From the NCBI GenBank assembly GCA_051252135.1, contig JBPOGH010000023.1, positions 1-50,630 on the forward strand: a stretch of DNA of 50,630 nucleotides, written 5' to 3'. This document shows positions 18,719 to 27,967 of this stretch, one piece after another; within the stretch, counting starts at the first letter, position 1; the number at the start of each line of letters is the position of its first letter. The notes beneath the pieces were generated by a model. It saw nothing but the letters and a program-made list of their open reading frames with translations, searched no databases and was not told where the DNA came from. A program made the position numbers and the translations under genes. Source of the DNA: Verrucomicrobiaceae bacterium (lineage in GTDB: Bacteria > Verrucomicrobiota > Verrucomicrobiia > Verrucomicrobiales > Akkermansiaceae).

Positions 18719-20158
18719 GTGATCACGAAGATTCTCCTTTTAACCACATTGGGTTTTTCCAGCCTGGCCGCGGAAAAGCTCAATGTTCTTTTTATCGCAG
18801 TCGATGACCTTCGTCCGGAGCTGAACTGCTATGGGAATGAGGACATCCATTCTCCGAATATCGATGCTTTGGCCGGTCGGGGAACACTTTTTGAGCGGGC
18901 CTATTGCCAGGTTGCGGTTTGTGGTGCTTCACGGGCGAGTCTGATGACAGGGTTGCGTCCGCAGACGACTCGGTGCTGGAATTTTAAAACGCCGATGCGG
19001 GAGAAGAATCCCGATGCGCTCTCGATGCCGCAGCATTTCAAAGCGCAGGGATACCAGGCGCTTTCGATTGGGAAGATCTACCATGCCTACAATGACGACT
19101 TTCCGCAGGGTTGGTCCGAGAAACCTCTGCGCGGGCTTGGTCAACAGTATGCTTCACCTCTGGGGATTGCGGAGCAGAAGAGGGCCCGCCTAATCGAGAA
19201 GGAAACCGGGGTAAGGACCAACGGACCTTCCATTGAAAACGGCGGAGAGGTGAGTGATGATGTCTACAATGATGGCGGAGTCGCCAAGGCGGCGGTTGAT
19301 CGGTTGAAGAAGCTGGCCGACAGCGAAGAGCCGTTCTTTCTCGCAGTTGGTTTCAGCAAGCCGCATCTGCCCTTCAACGCTCCCGGGAAGTATTGGGACC
19401 TCTACGATCGCTCGCAGATTGAAGTGCCGTCGCGCGACAAGGTCATCGATGGTCTTCCTTACGATGGCTCCACCTGGGGCGAGCTTAAGAATTACTCCGA
19501 CATTTCTCTCGATGCCAAGGTCCTCGATGACGACAAAACCCGCGAGCTCATTCACGGCTACCGCGCCAGTGTCAGTTACATGGATGCGCAAGTCGGTCGC
19601 TTGATCAAGGCGCTCGATGAAACCGGCCTCGCCAAGAACACCGTTATCGTTCTTTGGGGTGACCACGGTTACTACCTCGGCGACTACGGTGAGTGGTGCA
19701 AGCACACCACCTACGAGGTGGCCGCGAAAGTGCCTCTCATTGTCGCCGCTCCGGGCATGAAAAAAGGGCAACGGACGAAGGCGCTAACCGAACTGGTCGA
19801 CCTTTTCCCCACCCTTTGTGACCTCACCGGGAACCCGGTTCCCGAAAATCTCCACGGACTCTCTCTCAAGCCGATTTTGGTGGATCCCGAGACGCCTTGG
19901 AAGGCGGGAGCTTTCAGTCAGTATTTCAAGGCGAAGAAAGGGGTTGGGAAAGTCCTTGGGACCAGCCTGCGGACGGATCGTTATCGTTACACCGAGTGGC
20001 GGAAAAATGACCACACCGGTAAACTGGAAGACGTGACCCTGATCGACTTTGAGGGAAATCCGCATGAGAATGTGGCGGTTGATCCTGCTTATAAAGACGC
20101 CATTAAAGAACTCGCCGAGCTGGCGACGAAGGCGGGCGAAGGCATCGCCATCAAGTAG
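18719..20158 (+). CDS. Sulfatase, iduronate-2-sulfatase-like
   Basis: NVLFIAVDDLRPEL, CGASRASLMTG, GKIYH, KPHLPF, GDHGY.LG and WCKHT. Confidence 0.9.
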   Translation: MITKILLLTTLGFSSLAAEKLNVLFIAVDDLRPELNCYGNEDIHSPNIDALAGRGTLFERAYCQVAVCGASRASLMTGLRPQTTRCWNFKTPMREKNPDALSMPQHFKAQGYQALSIGKIYHAYNDDFPQGWSEKPLRGLGQQYASPLGIAEQKRARLIEKETGVRTNGPSIENGGEVSDDVYNDGGVAKAAVDRLKKLADSEEPFFLAVGFSKPHLPFNAPGKYWDLYDRSQIEVPSRDKVIDGLPYDGSTWGELKNYSDISLDAKVLDDDKTRELIHGYRASVSYMDAQVGRLIKALDETGLAKNTVIVLWGDHGYYLGDYGEWCKHTTYEVAAKVPLIVAAPGMKKGQRTKALTELVDLFPTLCDLTGNPVPENLHGLSLKPILVDPETPWKAGAFSQYFKAKKGVGKVLGTSLRTDRYRYTEWRKNDHTGKLEDVTLIDFEGNPHENVAVDPAYKDAIKELAELATKAGEGIAIK

Positions 20159-20224
20159 CGCTACAAGTGATACGATCAGCCTGTGCAATTGAGAGTGGGC
20201 GGAATGTCCAATTCATCCGGGGTG

Positions 20225-20677
20225 CTAGTCCCAAAGGTAGCGTTCATCGAACTCCGTCTGATTCTTCTGCAAAAGTTTTCGAAACTCATCTTGAAAGCTG
20301 ATCGTGCGATGGTGCTCCTCTTGGTTGCCGATATAGGAAACGAGCGCTTCAAGATGACCCCGACTGATGGAAAAAACTCCGTATCCCCGTTGCCAGCTAA
20401 ACTTTGTATATGGAACTCCCTGAGTCTTGATCCACTTCGACGAGGTTGTTTTCAATTTCTCTATCAATTCACTTTGTGAAACAGGACGAGCCAAGCGGAT
20501 GGCAAGATGAACGTGATCTGAGACTCCTCCGACCCGGAAACATTCGCTCCCGGTATCACGAACGATTTTCGCGAGGTAGGCGTGAAAGGAATCCCGAATC
20601 TCGTGGTTGATGAACGGCTCCCGATCCTTTGTGCTAAAAACAAGGTGAATGGTCACATTGGAAAGCGATTGCGGCAT
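20225..20677 (-). mobile_element. tnpA: IS200/IS605-family Y1 (HUH) transposase TnpA, no tnpB
   Basis: HLVFSTKDR, HUH motif DHVHL, KTTSSKW, WQRGYG.FS and catalytic Y in YIGNQEEHH. It lies antisense between two sulfatase genes. Confidence 0.88.
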
Positions 20678-20696
20678 GGTGGGCGGAGCTTATCAA

Positions 20697-20781
20697 GTGG
20701 GCTTTCAGCCCACAAGATTCCAGCTCATGAACCGACATGGGGCGATGCCCCATGCTGGTATGAGTTGGACCTTTGGTCCAA
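20697..20781. repeat. Three-hairpin REP-like cassette upstream of tnpA
   Basis: GTGGGCTTTCAGCCCAC (20697-20713), CATGGGGCGATGCCCCATG (20736-20754) and TTGGACCTTTGGTCCAA (20765-20781). Confidence 0.8.
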
Positions 20782-20822
20782 AGTATCCGAACTTTCGGTG
20801 CGTTTAGGCACCTCGACTCTCC

Positions 20823-22196
20823 ATGAAATTCATCACCTTCCTTTTCCTTCATGCCCTTACGCTGAGCCCTTGCTTGGCAGAGAAGCCCAACGTTCTCTTC
20901 ATTTCTGTTGATGACCTCAACGACTGGGCGGGCTACCGCGGCCATTCGCAAGTCATCTCACCGAACATGGATCGCTTGGCGAAACGGGGGACGTGGTTCT
21001 CCCGGGCCTATTGCCAATATCCTCTCTGCGGTCCTTCGCGGGCGAGTGTCATGAGTGGACTCTATTTTCATCAGTTGGAGTCCAAAAAACTCCAGGCCCC
21101 GGACAACTACGTTCAAGAGAAAGTCCAAGCCATGGGCTCGGAGCTCCTTCATGGCTATCTGAAGAAGCACGGTTACAAGACGATGGCCGTCGGTAAAATT
21201 CTCCACAAACATCTCCCGAAAAAGAACCTCGATCTCTCGGGAGGGCGGGGGAAGTGGGATCACAACCGGGATGAAAACGGGAAGCAGATCGAATCCAACT
21301 GGAAGAGTAACAAGACGCTCACTGATTGGGCTCCCTACAATGGTGAGGAGGGTGAAATGAGTGATAGTAAGGCGGCTGCCTGGGCCGTGGAGCGACTCCA
21401 GAAGAAGCATACCAAACCCTTCATGCTGATGGTGGGATTCCTGCGTCCGCACGCCCCATGGCATGTGCCGCAGAAATACTTCGATATGTATGACCGGGAA
21501 AAAATCACCACGCCTCCCTACCAAGCGGACGATTTGGGTGATGTTTCGGAAGCAGCGAGGGAGATGATCAACGAGGGCTATCCCCGGACCGAATGGGCTA
21601 TCAAAGAGAAGCAGTGGCAGCACATCGTGCAGAGCTATCTCGCGAGTATCACCTTCGTCGATAGCAAGGTGGGGCAAGTGCTGGATGCCCTTGAGGCGAG
21701 TCCCTATCGCGATAACACGATCGTGGTTCTCTGGTCTGACCACGGCTACCACCTTGGTGAAAAGAACACCTTTCAGAAACACACCCTCTGGGAGCGCTCC
21801 GCAGCGGCACCGCTCATCATCAGCCTACCGCCGAGCATGGAGGGCAAGAAGCATCGGGGAAAGACGGATGCGATTGTGGGCTTGATCGATCTTTATCCGA
21901 CTCTTGTGGATCTTTGCGGCCTGCCTGCGAATGACAAGGTGATCGGACGGAGTCTTAAGCCTCTTCTCCTCAATCAAAATGCGGACTGGGACTATCCTGC
22001 GCTCACCTATGGGAATGATGGAGCGCGTTCGATCCGTGACCAACGCTACCGCTACATTGAATACGCCGATGGTTCCCGGGAGCTTTACGATCACGACAAG
22101 GATCCCAACGAATGGAAGAACCTGGCTGCTGACCCCGAACATGCGGAAGTGGCAAAGAGGCTCGGGATGAAATTGGCCGAACTTCACGTCGACTAG
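20823..22196 (+). CDS. Sulfatase (IDS/choline-sulfatase-like)
   Basis: Signal peptide, PNVLFISVDDLNDW, CGPSRAS, GKILH, RPHAPW, SDHGYHLGEK and ELYDH..DP.EW.NLA. Confidence 0.9.
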   Translation: MKFITFLFLHALTLSPCLAEKPNVLFISVDDLNDWAGYRGHSQVISPNMDRLAKRGTWFSRAYCQYPLCGPSRASVMSGLYFHQLESKKLQAPDNYVQEKVQAMGSELLHGYLKKHGYKTMAVGKILHKHLPKKNLDLSGGRGKWDHNRDENGKQIESNWKSNKTLTDWAPYNGEEGEMSDSKAAAWAVERLQKKHTKPFMLMVGFLRPHAPWHVPQKYFDMYDREKITTPPYQADDLGDVSEAAREMINEGYPRTEWAIKEKQWQHIVQSYLASITFVDSKVGQVLDALEASPYRDNTIVVLWSDHGYHLGEKNTFQKHTLWERSAAAPLIISLPPSMEGKKHRGKTDAIVGLIDLYPTLVDLCGLPANDKVIGRSLKPLLLNQNADWDYPALTYGNDGARSIRDQRYRYIEYADGSRELYDHDKDPNEWKNLAADPEHAEVAKRLGMKLAELHVD

Positions 22197-22261
22197 TGCA
22201 TCGTGGAGGCAATCAAAGTCAGCTTGCCTTCTCTCCCAAATCAGGGAAACTAACCGTTGCT

Positions 22262-22621
22262 ATGAGCACTTATACCGACGGCTTTATCGTTCCCGTTCCC
22301 AAGGATCGAATTGAGGACTATCGGAAGTGTGCGGAATTCGCGGCCAAGGTTTACATGGAATACGGCGCTCTCGAATATCGGGAGTGGGTTGCTGATGATA
22401 CCAATGCCGGAGAGATGCGCAACTTCCCGCAGATTGCCGGATTGAAGGATCACGAAACGGTCGTTCTTTCCTGGATTACCTTCAACTCACGGGAGCACCG
22501 CGATGAGGTGAATGCCAAAGCGATGGCCGATGAACGGCTGGCCAAGATGTGCGAGAATGATCCGCCTTTTGACATGAAGCGGATGGCTTATGGTGGGTTC
22601 CGGCTCCTTACCGGATCCTAG
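22262..22621 (+). CDS. DUF1428 family protein
   Basis: Y.DGF.VPVP....E.Y, EYGALEYREW.ADD, ETVV.SWI.F.SREHRD.VNAK.M.D and PFDMKRM.YGGF. Confidence 0.85.
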   Translation: MSTYTDGFIVPVPKDRIEDYRKCAEFAAKVYMEYGALEYREWVADDTNAGEMRNFPQIAGLKDHETVVLSWITFNSREHRDEVNAKAMADERLAKMCENDPPFDMKRMAYGGFRLLTGS

Positions 22622-24144
22622 TTCCGAGGTGGGGTGCTTCTGCCGGAGGCTTTGGATTCTTCCAGCAGGTTCTTCAGCTTCGCGACGATGTCCGGGTGTT
22701 TGGAGTAGAGGTTGGTTGTTTCGCCTGGGTCGGTGGCGAGGTTGTAGAGTTGGCCGGGTGCGTCGGGGTCGGTGTTGGGGAGGGCGTATTGGCCCATGGA
22801 CCACTCGTTTTTGGTGTTGTAGTTGTTTCCGCCTGATCCCTGGTGGTCGATGTACTTCCAGTCGCCTTGGCGGATGGCGAGCTTCATGGCGAAGGTTTGC
22901 TGGAGGATGTAGGGGCGGATGGGGGCTTCGAGCTTTGTTGATTTGAGGACGGGGGTGAGGTCGAAGGAGTCCTCGGCTGCGGTGTCGGGGAAGGTGGAGC
23001 CGGTGATGGCGGCGCAGGTGGCGAAGACGTCGGTGAGGCTGACGATTTCATCGCTGGTGGATCCGGGTTTTACGGTTCCGGGCCATTTGACGATGAAGGG
23101 GGTGCGGTGGCCGCCTTCCCATTGGTCGCGCTTGACGCCGCGCCAGGGGCGGGCGCCATCGTGTTGGTGATCCCGGCGCATGGCGATGACGGTGGGGACT
23201 TCGGGGCCGTTGTCGGATCCGAACATGACGATGGTGTTGTCCGCGATGCCGAGTTCTTCGAGGCTCGTCATCAATTCGCCTACGACCCAATCCATTTGGA
23301 AAAGGAAGTCGCCGTGAGGTCCGAACTTGGTCTTTCCTTTGAATTGCGGTGCGGGAAAGGAGGGGAGGTGGACGGCCTGCATGGAGTGGAGGAGGAAGAA
23401 GGGTTTGTCTGGCGTTTCCTTGAGGTGGGATTTGAGGAATTGCTGACTTTTATCGAGGAAGACGAGGTCGACCTTTTCGAGGTCGAAGTTGGGGGCGATC
23501 ATTCCGGGGCGGCAGTCGTTGGCGTAGGGGTGTTTGGGGAGAGTGCTCTTGTCGATTTGCTTGGTGGGTGGGACGGGGATGCGGTCGCCATCGATGTAGG
23601 CGTAGAGCCAGTCGGTGGTGGGGCAGCAGGCGGTGCCGTAGAAGTGGTCGAAGCCGTATTGGATGGGGGAGCCGCCGATGGGGCGGGAGAAGTCGATGAG
23701 CTTGACGGCCTCGAGGCCCTTCTTCTCGATGCGTTTTCCTTCGGTGTCGAAGAAGCTCATGCCGACGTGCCATTTGCCGAAGAGGGCGGTGGAGTAGCCT
23801 TTTGACTTCAACATTTGGGGGAGGGTGAGGCGGTCGTCTTCGATGAGGCAGGGGCCGCCGACTCCGGAGAAGACGCGGGAGCGTCCGGTGCGGAAGCACA
23901 TCCGACCGGTAAGCAGGCTGTAGCGGGTGGGGGTGCAGACGGTGGCGGGGCTGTGGGCGTCGGTGAAGCGCATCCCTTCTTTGGCGAGGCGGTCGATGTG
24001 AGGGGTGGGGATTTGGGACTCGGGGTTGTAGCAGGCGATATCGCCGTAGCCCAAATCGTCGGTGAGGATGAAGACGATGTTCGGCGGTTTCGCGGAAAGG
24101 GTGGCGACGAGGCCGAGGAAGATGACGGTGAGGGAGAAGCGCAT
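22618..24144 (-). CDS. Secreted arylsulfatase A-like sulfatase
   Basis: Signal peptide, PNIVFILTDDLGYGD, CTPTRYSLLTGR, GKWHVG, SDNG, K...WEGGHR.PF and QLYNL..DPGE..NL. Confidence 0.9.
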   Translation of the reverse strand: MRFSLTVIFLGLVATLSAKPPNIVFILTDDLGYGDIACYNPESQIPTPHIDRLAKEGMRFTDAHSPATVCTPTRYSLLTGRMCFRTGRSRVFSGVGGPCLIEDDRLTLPQMLKSKGYSTALFGKWHVGMSFFDTEGKRIEKKGLEAVKLIDFSRPIGGSPIQYGFDHFYGTACCPTTDWLYAYIDGDRIPVPPTKQIDKSTLPKHPYANDCRPGMIAPNFDLEKVDLVFLDKSQQFLKSHLKETPDKPFFLLHSMQAVHLPSFPAPQFKGKTKFGPHGDFLFQMDWVVGELMTSLEELGIADNTIVMFGSDNGPEVPTVIAMRRDHQHDGARPWRGVKRDQWEGGHRTPFIVKWPGTVKPGSTSDEIVSLTDVFATCAAITGSTFPDTAAEDSFDLTPVLKSTKLEAPIRPYILQQTFAMKLAIRQGDWKYIDHQGSGGNNYNTKNEWSMGQYALPNTDPDAPGQLYNLATDPGETTNLYSKHPDIVAKLKNLLEESKASGRSTPPRN

Positions 24145-24230
24145 GGGGTGATCTATCATGAATGCGGAGGGGTTCTGAGGTTAAAAATGGAATCGCGCTT
24201 GTGCGGAAAATATCGGTAGATGGGTGCTTC

Positions 24231-25127
24231 ATGAAGCGCGCACTTTCTTTGATGGCTCCTTTGGTTGTTCTCGGTGTGGCGATTGCGATCCAGAAGGATG
24301 AGGAAGGTCCCAAGGTGGGGAAGGTGTCTGCGACCTTGCGGGAGGAATTTCAGCTGGCGCCGTTTTACCGGAAGGCGCTGGTGATTGAGTCGTTTCCGAT
24401 CCTTTCGTCGGACAAGGTGCCTGATGCGGCGCTTTACGAGGCGGGGCACGTGATCAACACGATGCTCAAGAATCGCCCCGACATTTTACGCGAGCTGGGG
24501 AAGAACCGGATTCGCTACGTGATCATGGCGACCGACGAGCGGACATGCGATATGCCGGAGCACTCCGATCTGACGCCTCCGGAGTATTGGAATCGGCGTG
24601 CGCGGGGCTTGGGATCGACGCCGCAGCGACCGGCGGTTTCGTGCGGGGAGGAGAACCTTCTCGCGAACCCGGGTGATCCGTATCACACGGAGTCGATTTG
24701 TGTTCACGAGTTTGCCCATGCGATTCATGACACGGCGCTCAAGACGCTGGACCCCACCTTTGATGAGCGGCTGAAAAAGACCTATGGCTCGGCGATGGCG
24801 CGGGGATTGTGGAAGGACAAGTATGCAGCGACCAACCGGATGGAGTACTGGGCGGAGGCGGTGCAATCGTGGTTTGGAACGAACCGTGAAAATGATCATG
24901 ACCACAATCACGTGAACACGCGGGAGGAATTGGTGGCGTATGATCCGGCGGTGGCGAAGTTGTGCGCGGAAGTCTTTGGAGAGAATGACTGGGTTTATGT
25001 GAAGCCGGACCACCCTTCGCGTGCGGGGGAAGCGCATTTGAAGAATCTCGATCGGGCGACGTTACGTCCCTTTCAGTGGTCGGTAGAAGAGCAGGCGGCC
25101 TACGACGCGTTGCCTCCGAGAAAGTAG
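24231..25127 (+). CDS. Secreted HEXXH zinc-metallopeptidase-like protein (ATLF/lethal-factor-like fold)
   Basis: N-terminal signal/anchor. Motifs RARGLG, EENLL, VHEFAHAIH, YAATN..EYWAE and L..YDP. Confidence 0.65.
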   Translation: MKRALSLMAPLVVLGVAIAIQKDEEGPKVGKVSATLREEFQLAPFYRKALVIESFPILSSDKVPDAALYEAGHVINTMLKNRPDILRELGKNRIRYVIMATDERTCDMPEHSDLTPPEYWNRRARGLGSTPQRPAVSCGEENLLANPGDPYHTESICVHEFAHAIHDTALKTLDPTFDERLKKTYGSAMARGLWKDKYAATNRMEYWAEAVQSWFGTNRENDHDHNHVNTREELVAYDPAVAKLCAEVFGENDWVYVKPDHPSRAGEAHLKNLDRATLRPFQWSVEEQAAYDALPPRK

Positions 25128-25179
25128 GTGGTGAGATTGGAACTTTTCCTGCCCTTGATTTCGGCCCAAGTTACCGGGA

Positions 25180-26076
25180 ATGGATCGACGTCATTTTCTT
25201 GTCTCAGCGGCCGCAGCATCTGCGGGATCACTTTTGGCGAATCATCACGAGGGCGGGCATGCGGCGCGTGACGAGACGATTTTTCTTTCGTTGAAGGACC
25301 GGATGGTGGGGCAGGGGGCGACGCTTGCGGAGCGTTACCAGTTGGTGAAGGACGTGGGATTTGACGGGATTGAGGTGCATGCTCCGAATCAGGTGAATAT
25401 TGAGGAAGCGCGGCAGGCGGCGAAGGGGGCGGGGATTCCGATTCATGGGGTGGTGAATGCGATTCACTGGCGGACCAAGCTGAGTGATCCTTCGGCGGAG
25501 CTGCGGGCGAAGGCTTTGATTGGGTTGAAGGAGTGCATCGAGGAATCGCATGCGATGGGTGGGTCTTCGGTGCTGCTGGTGCCCGGGGTGGTGGGGAAGG
25601 ATGCGACGGCGCAGGAGGCGTGGGATCGTTCGGTGGGAGAGATTCGCAAGGCGCTTCCGCTGGCGTCACGGTTGGGAGTTCACATCATCATTGAGAACGT
25701 GTGGAATGGGATGTTTTATGATCCGAACGGGCCGAACACGCAGAGTGCGGATTTGTTGGCGAAGTACATCGATGAGATCAACTCGCCCTGGGTGGGATCG
25801 TATTTTGACATTGGGAACCACCAGCGGTTTGGGAAGCCGGCGGAGTGGATTCGGACGCTGGGGAAGCGGATTGTGAAGCTGGACGTGAAGGACTGGGGGA
25901 TTGCGAACGGGTTTGGGAAAATTGGCGAGGGTGATGTGGATTGGCCGGCGGTGCGTGCGGCGCTGAGCGACATCGGTTATTCCGGCTGGACGACGGCGGA
26001 GGTGGGTGGGGGAAATAAGGAGCGGCTTGCGGAGGTGCTTCAGAATATGCGGAAGCATCTTCTGGGAGTGGTATGA
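25180..26076 (+). CDS. Tat-exported sugar-phosphate isomerase/epimerase (xylose-isomerase-like TIM barrel)
   Basis: MDRRHFL Tat motif, GFDGIE, IENVWN, FDIGNH, KLDVKD, G.G.VDW and terminal AEV metal-ligand pattern. Confidence 0.85.
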   Translation: MDRRHFLVSAAAASAGSLLANHHEGGHAARDETIFLSLKDRMVGQGATLAERYQLVKDVGFDGIEVHAPNQVNIEEARQAAKGAGIPIHGVVNAIHWRTKLSDPSAELRAKALIGLKECIEESHAMGGSSVLLVPGVVGKDATAQEAWDRSVGEIRKALPLASRLGVHIIIENVWNGMFYDPNGPNTQSADLLAKYIDEINSPWVGSYFDIGNHQRFGKPAEWIRTLGKRIVKLDVKDWGIANGFGKIGEGDVDWPAVRAALSDIGYSGWTTAEVGGGNKERLAEVLQNMRKHLLGVV

Positions 26077-26120
26077 AAAAGCGCTTTCCATTGGCGGGGT
26101 GAGGTTTCAGTCTCCGCGCC

Positions 26121-26639
26121 ATGGGTCCATCAAGACAGCTGCAATCCGTTATCGATGCCTTTGGCCGCCAGGGGTGGCACTGCGAACCGATCGAGGGTCG
26201 TGAGGTGATCGAGACCGCCTTTGAGGCGCATCACACCCATGTGCATCTGTATGCGCAGGTTTTTACCAATCTGAATGCGCTCTCGATTGTGGCCGAGACG
26301 CCTCACAAGCTGGATGATTTGCGGCAGCCCTTGATTCTGGAATTGCTGACGCGGGCGAACAAGCAGCTGACGATTGGAAGCTATGAATTTGATCTGGACC
26401 GGGATTTGATCGTTTTCCGGACGACGAATCTATTCGACCGCGAGCTCTACGATACGGACATTGTTTCCTCGATGGTGCATTGTGCGATCGCGGAGCTGGA
26501 CCGGATCGTGCCTTTGGCCGGAGTGGTGACCCGCACGGCGGACGATTTGTTGGACGATTTGTCGATTCCCTTGTTGCTGGAGCGTGAGGATATGCTGCCT
26601 CCGGTGCCCGAGTTTGACGGTGAGGAAGAAGAGCTTTAG
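26121..26639 (+). CDS. YbjN-like domain protein
   Basis: 172 aa with ELL.RAN..L.IG..E.D.....I.FR pattern of YbjN/T3SS-chaperone-like proteins and an acidic tail. Confidence 0.6.
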   Translation: MGPSRQLQSVIDAFGRQGWHCEPIEGREVIETAFEAHHTHVHLYAQVFTNLNALSIVAETPHKLDDLRQPLILELLTRANKQLTIGSYEFDLDRDLIVFRTTNLFDRELYDTDIVSSMVHCAIAELDRIVPLAGVVTRTADDLLDDLSIPLLLEREDMLPPVPEFDGEEEEL

Positions 26640-26680
26640 AATAGTTAAGGTTTTTCCAAAAAAACTGGCAAAATGGGTAC

Positions 26681-26709
26681 TTGACCGGACGGGTCGGTCT
26701 GACTAGCTT
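26681..26709 (+). promoter_or_regulatory. Sigma70-type promoter of rpsU
   Basis: TTGACC-17 bp-TAGCTT, with an upstream A-tract. Confidence 0.7.
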
Positions 26710-26744
26710 CCCGCCCCCGCAACTTAACTGAAGGGAATTTTTTT

Positions 26745-26996
26745 ATGTCGAAACCAAATCGTGGCGTTGAAGTCAAAAACGGAGAGACCGTCGACCGTGC
26801 TCTCAAGCGTCTGAAGACCAAGCTTGATAGCGAGGGTATCCTCGAGGAAATGCGCCGCCGCCGTGCTCACGAATCCAATACGATCCGTAACATCCGCAAA
26901 GCCCGCACCGCACCCAAGCGCTACAAGGTCCGTTGGAAGTATATTTCCGAAGGAACGGACGCCAAGCGCGCCGAAGCAAAAGCTGCTTCCGAGTAG
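26745..26996 (+). CDS. rpsU: 30S ribosomal protein S21
   Basis: VEVK.GE.VDRALKRLK.K...EGIL.EMRRRR, very basic, 83 aa, with its own promoter and terminator. Confidence 0.9.
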   Translation: MSKPNRGVEVKNGETVDRALKRLKTKLDSEGILEEMRRRRAHESNTIRNIRKARTAPKRYKVRWKYISEGTDAKRAEAKAASE

Positions 26997-27017
26997 AGTT
27001 TAGCGATTTCAATTTTT

Positions 27018-27052
27018 AAAAGAGCCCCGGAAGAAATTCCGGGGCTTTTTTT
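27018..27052. terminator. Intrinsic terminator after rpsU (possibly bidirectional)
   Basis: AAAAGAGCCCCGGAA-gaaa-TTCCGGGGCTTTTTTT between convergent genes. Confidence 0.9.
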
Positions 27053-27074
27053 GGCACCTCCGACCAGGCATTCC

Positions 27075-27377
27075 TCAATGGGGGTTTGTGAGGATGAGCA
27101 TTCTGGTGCCATCGGGTCTGGTGACGAGGGCGGGAGATTGGTCATGGAGGAGGGCGAGGAGTTCGGCGTCCGAGGTGAGGGGTTGGTAGAGAGGGGCGGG
27201 TGGCTCGGGAGCGGGAGCCGGCGGGGTGGTGGCGAGTGGCCCGGGGGTGGTCTTTTGGAACAAGAAGAGGCAGCCCAGAAGGAGGGGGAGGGCGATGGAG
27301 GCGGAGTTGATGGCGAGGCGGTGCCGGCGACGGCGGCTGGCGGCATCGAGGAGGAGATCTTGGGTGAGGGAGTTCAT
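27075..27377 (-). CDS. Small single-pass membrane protein, putative anti-sigma factor
   Basis: Basic RRRRHR, then one hydrophobic helix, a Pro-rich linker and a short LTSDAELLALL domain. ATGA overlap with the sigma gene. Confidence 0.6.
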   Translation of the reverse strand: MNSLTQDLLLDAASRRRRHRLAINSASIALPLLLGCLFLFQKTTPGPLATTPPAPAPEPPAPLYQPLTSDAELLALLHDQSPALVTRPDGTRMLILTNPH

Positions 27378-27934
27378 GGGCGGAGGAGTTTGCGGAGTTT
27401 GTTGCGGGCGCGGGTGAGGCGGGACTCGACGGCTTTTTCGGAGAGGTTGAGCGTCGCGGCAATTTGGCGGACGGGGAGGTGGTCGCGGTATTTGAGTAGG
27501 AGGAGGCGGCGGCTCGTGGGGTCGAGTTTTTCGATGGCCGGTTCGAGGTGGGGGGCGGGGGCGGGACGGGCTTTTTCCTTTGGTTCGAGATGGAAGCGTT
27601 TGAGGAATCGTTGGAAGCGGGAGTTTCGGCGGCCGTGGTCGGCCACCACGGATCGGGCGAGGACGGTGAGCCAGGACCAGAATGCGGCTTCGTCGGGGAG
27701 GGTGCGGGCTTTGCCGATGTGTTTGACGGCGCGGAGAAGGGTGAGTTGGAGGAGGTCGTCGAGGTGGTGCTCCGGGCCAAGCCAGAGGGCGCGGAGGTAG
27801 GCCCGGATGCGGTGGTTGTATTGGTGATAGAACTCTCCCCAGGCCGCTTCCTGGCCTGCGTGCAGGCTGGCGAGAAAGGCCCGATGTTCCTGCCGGGCCT
27901 CCCCGCCGAGGGGGATCGCGTTATCGGAGGACAT
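27374..27934 (-). CDS. ECF-type RNA polymerase sigma-70 factor
   Basis: Region 2 (AW..FY..Y...I, DDLLQ, FWSWL..LAR....D..RR) and region 4 (L..L....R.LLLLKY......QIA..LNLSEKAVESRL.RAR.KLR). The start could alternatively be GTG 27958. Confidence 0.88.
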   Translation of the reverse strand: MSSDNAIPLGGEARQEHRAFLASLHAGQEAAWGEFYHQYNHRIRAYLRALWLGPEHHLDDLLQLTLLRAVKHIGKARTLPDEAAFWSWLTVLARSVVADHGRRNSRFQRFLKRFHLEPKEKARPAPAPHLEPAIEKLDPTSRRLLLLKYRDHLPVRQIAATLNLSEKAVESRLTRARNKLRKLLRP

Positions 27935-27967
27935 GGAATGGAGGGGGAGTTGGGGCACGGCGGGAGA

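Noticed and set aside
20159..20224. tnpB or an IS200 right-end hairpin downstream of tnpA (also 50057-50083)
   Set aside because: There is no room for tnpB and no convincing hairpin at either locus.
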